A DNA stretch of 20,000 nt, from IMG/VR virus record IMGVR_UViG_2850711898_000002; one strand, 5' to 3'. Of this stretch, positions 16,515 through 20,000 are shown piece after piece; the stretch's first letter is position 1, and each line of letters starts with the position of its first letter. The translations under genes were made by a program, and so were the position numbers. This DNA is from an uncultured virus (IMG/VR IMGVR_UViG_2850711898_000002). Lineage: Duplodnaviria; Heunggongvirae; Uroviricota; Caudoviricetes. The notes under the pieces were generated by a model. It was not told the origin of the DNA and did not search any database. It was given only the letters and a program-made list of their open reading frames with translations.

Positions 16515-18647
16515 ATGAAAAGTTTAATGCCTCAAATTGATTCAAATGATGGCCTTTTTCACAATGGTAATCCAGCAACAGGTGAACAAGGCACACGAGT
16601 AACCGATACGTGGCTTAATAATTTGCAAGACCGAGTACGCGATGTACAAGCGGAAGCCCATTATGTGTTGCAAAAAGCGGGGTTCCAGCCCGTAGAAAAT
16701 AAGCAAACTCAGCTTTATGAGGCGATTGTTAAGATTATTGATGACAACCGAAAGACGGCAAGTTTAACTCAAAAAGGCGAAGTTCAGCTTAGTTCGTCCA
16801 CTAACAGCAACAGTGAAACCCAAGCGGCAACCTCAAAAGCCGTCAAAATCGCCTATGATAAAGCGGTAGAAGCCAAAACTACCGCAGAGAGCAAAGTAGG
16901 ATTAAGGGGCAATGAATCGATTCAAGGTACCAAAAGTTTTGAATCTAAAATCATTGGGTTTCGTGGCATTGGGGTGGCTGATTCGCAAACTTATGCAAAT
17001 GCTAATCACCTCTTAAATATGGGGGCAAATGATGGCGACGGCTGGATAGAGTATAAAAAAAGTAACCGAGTTATCGGCACCATTCGTATTCGGGCAAATG
17101 GGGAATTGTTATATAACAATCAAAAAATCTATCACGCTGGGGCAAAACCGCAATTTAATACGGATATTGAAGGCAAGCCTAATACACTTGCTGGCTATGG
17201 TATTGGAAATTTCAAAGTAGAACAAGGGCAGGGCGATGCTAATGGCTATAAAACCGATGGCAATTATTACTTAGCAAGCGGTCAAAATCTACCCGAAAAT
17301 GGGGAATGGCATATTGAAGTAGTTAGCGGTGGGGCAACAAATGCGGTGCGTCAAATTGCACGTAAAGCGAATGATAACAAAATCAAAACACGCTTTTTTA
17401 ATGGCTCAAATTGGTCAGAATGGAAAGATGCAGGCGGCGACGGCGTGCCTATTGGTGCCGTAGTGTCATTTCCCCGTGCGGTAACTAATCCCGTTGGTTT
17501 TTTAAAAGCAGATGGCTCAACATTTAACCAACAAACCTTCCCTGATTTATACCGCACTTTGGGCGACAGCAACCAACTTCCTGATTTAACCCGTAGTGAT
17601 GTGGGGATGACAGCTTATTTTGCCGTGGATAATATCCCTTCTGGGTGGATTGCCTTTGATGAGATTGCCACACAAGTGACCGAACAACGTTACCCCGAGT
17701 TATATCGCCACTTAATCGACAAATATGGTTCAATTAATAGTGTGCCTAAAGTAGCAGATAGATTTTTGCGTAATGCGGGGAATGGCTTGTCTGTGGGGCA
17801 AATACAAGAGGATGAGTTAAAACGACATGTGCATAGAGTACCGATAGACTACGATTCTTGGTTCGACGACTCAAGTCAAGGAAGAAATAATTCGTATTTT
17901 GATTATACAACATTTGCTCAGTCTTCAGATTTGTGGAGCACCCTTGGTTATGACAATGCAGATGGCGATAATGGCTTTGTGTCCCCAAAAGACACCTCTC
18001 AAATGGCAACAGGTGGCGATGAAACTCGCCCTAAATCGCTTATTCTCAAACTTTGTATAAAAGCAAAAAACACATTTGATGACGTGCAATTTTGGGTTAA
18101 AGCATTCGGTGTTGTTGAAAATGTTGGGGCTTTAGATGCGGGTACACTTGCACAAAATATGCAAGCGTTATCTGCGAGGGTTGACCAAGAAATAGAAGAA
18201 AATAAACAATATACTTTACGAGAAATAAACAATGCAAAATCTGATATAAATCAGCAATTTTTGCAGGCGAAAGAGAGTTTATCTCAAATTAGTACATTAA
18301 AAACAGTGTGGCAAGGTAATGTAAATTCTGGGAGTATTAATATTTCAGAAAAGTGTTTTGGTAAAACACTTATTTTGTATCTTCAGTCATCGTCAGGCCA
18401 CAGTTTTGATGATAATAACAATATTGAACTTGTCAGTTTTGAAGTAGGGGCAGAGATTGAAGGTAAAAGTGGCGGTGGAGTTTATTTGTCTGCTACTCAT
18501 GACGTAACTCCACACTATTCTTCTAGTGGAGGTCGTTTATATGGTGTAGTGGTCAAGAAATTCGCTGTGTATGTTGGTAGAGGCGGTACAACAATAGAGA
18601 TTGAAGACCTTTCTAATTATTTTGTAAAACGTATCAATATCCGATAA
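16515..18647 (+). CDS. Tail fibre protein with a fibre repeat and two tail-collar-like domains
   Basis: N-terminal FHNGNPATGEQGTRV..WLN, repeat ASLTQKGEVQLSS...AATSKAVK, collar motifs VPIGAVVSF...GFLKADG and VGMTAYF...PSGWIAFD, and ETRPK. Confidence 0.92.
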   Translation: MKSLMPQIDSNDGLFHNGNPATGEQGTRVTDTWLNNLQDRVRDVQAEAHYVLQKAGFQPVENKQTQLYEAIVKIIDDNRKTASLTQKGEVQLSSSTNSNSETQAATSKAVKIAYDKAVEAKTTAESKVGLRGNESIQGTKSFESKIIGFRGIGVADSQTYANANHLLNMGANDGDGWIEYKKSNRVIGTIRIRANGELLYNNQKIYHAGAKPQFNTDIEGKPNTLAGYGIGNFKVEQGQGDANGYKTDGNYYLASGQNLPENGEWHIEVVSGGATNAVRQIARKANDNKIKTRFFNGSNWSEWKDAGGDGVPIGAVVSFPRAVTNPVGFLKADGSTFNQQTFPDLYRTLGDSNQLPDLTRSDVGMTAYFAVDNIPSGWIAFDEIATQVTEQRYPELYRHLIDKYGSINSVPKVADRFLRNAGNGLSVGQIQEDELKRHVHRVPIDYDSWFDDSSQGRNNSYFDYTTFAQSSDLWSTLGYDNADGDNGFVSPKDTSQMATGGDETRPKSLILKLCIKAKNTFDDVQFWVKAFGVVENVGALDAGTLAQNMQALSARVDQEIEENKQYTLREINNAKSDINQQFLQAKESLSQISTLKTVWQGNVNSGSINISEKCFGKTLILYLQSSSGHSFDDNNNIELVSFEVGAEIEGKSGGGVYLSATHDVTPHYSSSGGRLYGVVVKKFAVYVGRGGTTIEIEDLSNYFVKRINIR

Positions 18648-18658
18648 AGGAGCGTTAA

Positions 18659-19267
18659 ATGAAAGTCTATTTTTTAAAAGAAAATTTGAATAGTTATCAA
18701 ATTTTCCCTATTCCGCAAAACTTAAATGATTTTGTGGAAATGGAAGTAGAAAACGAATCAGAGCTTGAGACTAAACAACTTATTTATTTTAAAAGTCAAT
18801 ACATTCTAGTTGATAGACAACCAACAGAATTACACAAATGGAACGGAATCACTTGGGTTATTGATGAAAAAAAGAAAACTGAAATTAAGCGTAAACTCAT
18901 TAAAAATCTAGTTGATAGCATTGATGATACAGCGGCTAACATTAGTGCAAGATGGACAAGGTTTGCCGAAGAGTATAAGGAGCGAGAAGCTGCCGCAGAA
19001 GCCTTTAAAGCCGCAAATTATGAAGGCGAGTGCAGTCGTTATATCTCAGATTTCGCGCAACGCGCAAGACTGGATAATAAGACCGCCACAAACCTGATTT
19101 TGACGCAGGCGGCAGGCTTGAAAAAACTACAAATGGAGCTTGCCAACCAACGTATGCGCAAGTATGAACTCAAAGCCCCTAATCTCACACTTGAGCAGTT
19201 GCAATCAATCCATGATGACATTATCAAGCAGATGGATAACTTGATGGAGGCATATCAAAATGGCTAA
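18659..19267 (+). CDS. Tail fibre assembly/associated protein
   Basis: Follows the fibre gene. SD AAGGAG. QPTELHKWNGITWV resembles the P..W.G..W motif of fibre chaperones. Confidence 0.7.
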   Translation: MKVYFLKENLNSYQIFPIPQNLNDFVEMEVENESELETKQLIYFKSQYILVDRQPTELHKWNGITWVIDEKKKTEIKRKLIKNLVDSIDDTAANISARWTRFAEEYKEREAAAEAFKAANYEGECSRYISDFAQRARLDNKTATNLILTQAAGLKKLQMELANQRMRKYELKAPNLTLEQLQSIHDDIIKQMDNLMEAYQNG

Positions 19268-19745
19268 GGTCTATTTGACGATGTACAAACACAAACGAGA
19301 CTGGCGCAAAGAGCCAGCCAAAGCGATAGCCGACCGCATTACTCGATTTTGCACAAAGGGCAAATACTCGCACTGCGAGATTGCCATTGAGCGTATTGAG
19401 TTTGGCAACGGGCATCATTATGAGCATGCGACAGTATATGACTGCTACTCATCATCGGTACAAGACGGTGGGGTGCGTTGCAAACAGATTGATGTGTCCG
19501 ATAACACCAAATGGGATTTAATCCCACTCAACGATGTTACTGAGGAACAAATCAAAGCCTATTTTAGCCGCACTTTGGGATGTAAATACGACTGGTGGGG
19601 TGCGCTAGGAATCGTACTTGGAATCAAACAAAAACGCTCTAAGTATTTTTGTAGCGAATGGTGTTTTAATGCGATTTGCGGTGGGGAAAATGGCTGGCGA
19701 TTTAGTCCGAATCAATTAGGGGCAATGTTTAAACATGATGACTAA
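19260..19745 (+). CDS. Permuted papain-like (NlpC/P60, YiiX/YaeF-type) hydrolase
   Basis: YSHCEI (His), G.KYD and YFCSEW (Cys), in His-before-Cys order. SD GGAGG. Confidence 0.7.
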   Translation: MAKVYLTMYKHKRDWRKEPAKAIADRITRFCTKGKYSHCEIAIERIEFGNGHHYEHATVYDCYSSSVQDGGVRCKQIDVSDNTKWDLIPLNDVTEEQIKAYFSRTLGCKYDWWGALGIVLGIKQKRSKYFCSEWCFNAICGGENGWRFSPNQLGAMFKHDD

Positions 19746-19812
19746 AGACAAACCGATCATTAATTTCCACTGGAAATTTTATGCGATTTACCCCATACCA
19801 CGCAGACCCTAA
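19735..19812 (+). CDS. Possible 25-aa peptide (MMTKDKPIINFHWKFYAIYPIPRRP)
   Basis: Start overlaps the end of the previous gene, as elsewhere in this operon. No other support. Confidence 0.25.
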   Translation: MMTKDKPIINFHWKFYAIYPIPRRP

Positions 19813-19915
19813 AATAAAAGGCAATGAGGCAATACCTGACATTGGCCCCAAAAATCTAAGACCGCCAGCCATGATGTGGACAACATCCGATCCTTGGCCT
19901 GATAGGGTTTAAGAT

Positions 19916-19943
19916 AAACGGCGGGTAATTCCGCCGTTTTTTT
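19916..19943 (+). terminator. Intrinsic terminator closing the late operon
   Basis: AAACGGCGG-GTAATT-CCGCCGTTT, with the 3' arm ending in a T7 run. Confidence 0.88.
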
Positions 19944-19969
19944 ACAATTTTCTCCAAATGGTATATTAT
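19941..19969 (+). promoter_or_regulatory. sigma70-type promoter firing out of the window
   Basis: TTTACA (19941-19946), 17 nt, TATTAT (19964-19969). An overlapping extended -10 TGGTATATT is also present. Confidence 0.55.
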
Positions 19970-20000
19970 TACCCAAGTTACTTAGAGATTCATCAATCAT

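Larger units (their letters stand above)
615..17559. repeat. Dispersed Haemophilus-type DNA uptake signal sequences (AAGTGCGGT/ACCGCACTT), at least 14 perfect copies
   Basis: Found by eye at 615, 893, 3639, 5160, 5293, 7848, 8804, 11028, 12299, 12903, 15207, 15721, 16040 and 17551. Confidence 0.9.
1..20000 (+). mobile_element. Mu-like (transposable) prophage, head/tail morphogenesis module; extends beyond both window edges
   Basis: Continuous co-oriented genes colinear with Mu gp29-gp50: portal, F, G, I/Z, T, sheath, tube, tape measure, N, baseplate, fibre. Contractile-tail gene set. Confidence 0.96.

Noticed and set aside
16515..19745. Invertible G segment or diversity-generating retroelement acting on the tail fibre
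   Set aside because: I saw no inverted repeats, invertase, reverse transcriptase or template/variable repeat pair in the window.
19820..19915. Hammerhead ribozyme (CCTGAC/CCTGATAG motifs)
   Set aside because: There is no CUGANGA core with a correctly placed GAAA.
19809..20000. 63-aa minus-strand ORF at the window end
   Set aside because: It runs through a terminator, a promoter and a structured region, and does not resemble a known protein. It cannot be fully excluded because its upstream context is outside the window.
1..20000. CRISPR array, rRNA or IS element
   Set aside because: No regularly spaced repeats, rRNA-like sequence or transposase ORF. Nearly all of the sequence is explained by phage genes.

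Overview
The whole window is the late (morphogenesis) region of a Mu-like transposable myovirus prophage from a Pasteurellaceae host, probably Haemophilus. At least 14 perfect AAGTGCGGT uptake sequences support that host. All structural genes are on the + strand in Mu order: portal (5'-truncated), MuF, gpG, protease/scaffold I/Z, capsid T, gp35-38, sheath, tube, tail chaperone, tape measure, gpN, baseplate gp44-48, tail fibre, a fibre-associated protein and a permuted papain-like hydrolase. The most unusual element lies directly behind the MuF gene, which carries an extra C-terminal domain that may be a nuclease toxin. There is no immunity ORF there. Instead there is a 94-nt tRNA-like RNA on the minus strand (8-bp acceptor-like stem and canonical T-arm) with its own sigma70 promoter, whose predicted start falls on the first stem base. 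This is a candidate toxin/tRNA-mimic antitoxin pair. Other signals: two copies of a shared late-promoter architecture (one overlapping a terminator and predicting a leaderless gp46 mRNA), an A_AAA_AAG -1 frameshift in the tail chaperone, phased TTTAAA tracts at the position of Mu's strong gyrase site, and a structured element plus promoter at the right end. All product calls come from gene order and motif recognition by eye; no searches were run.
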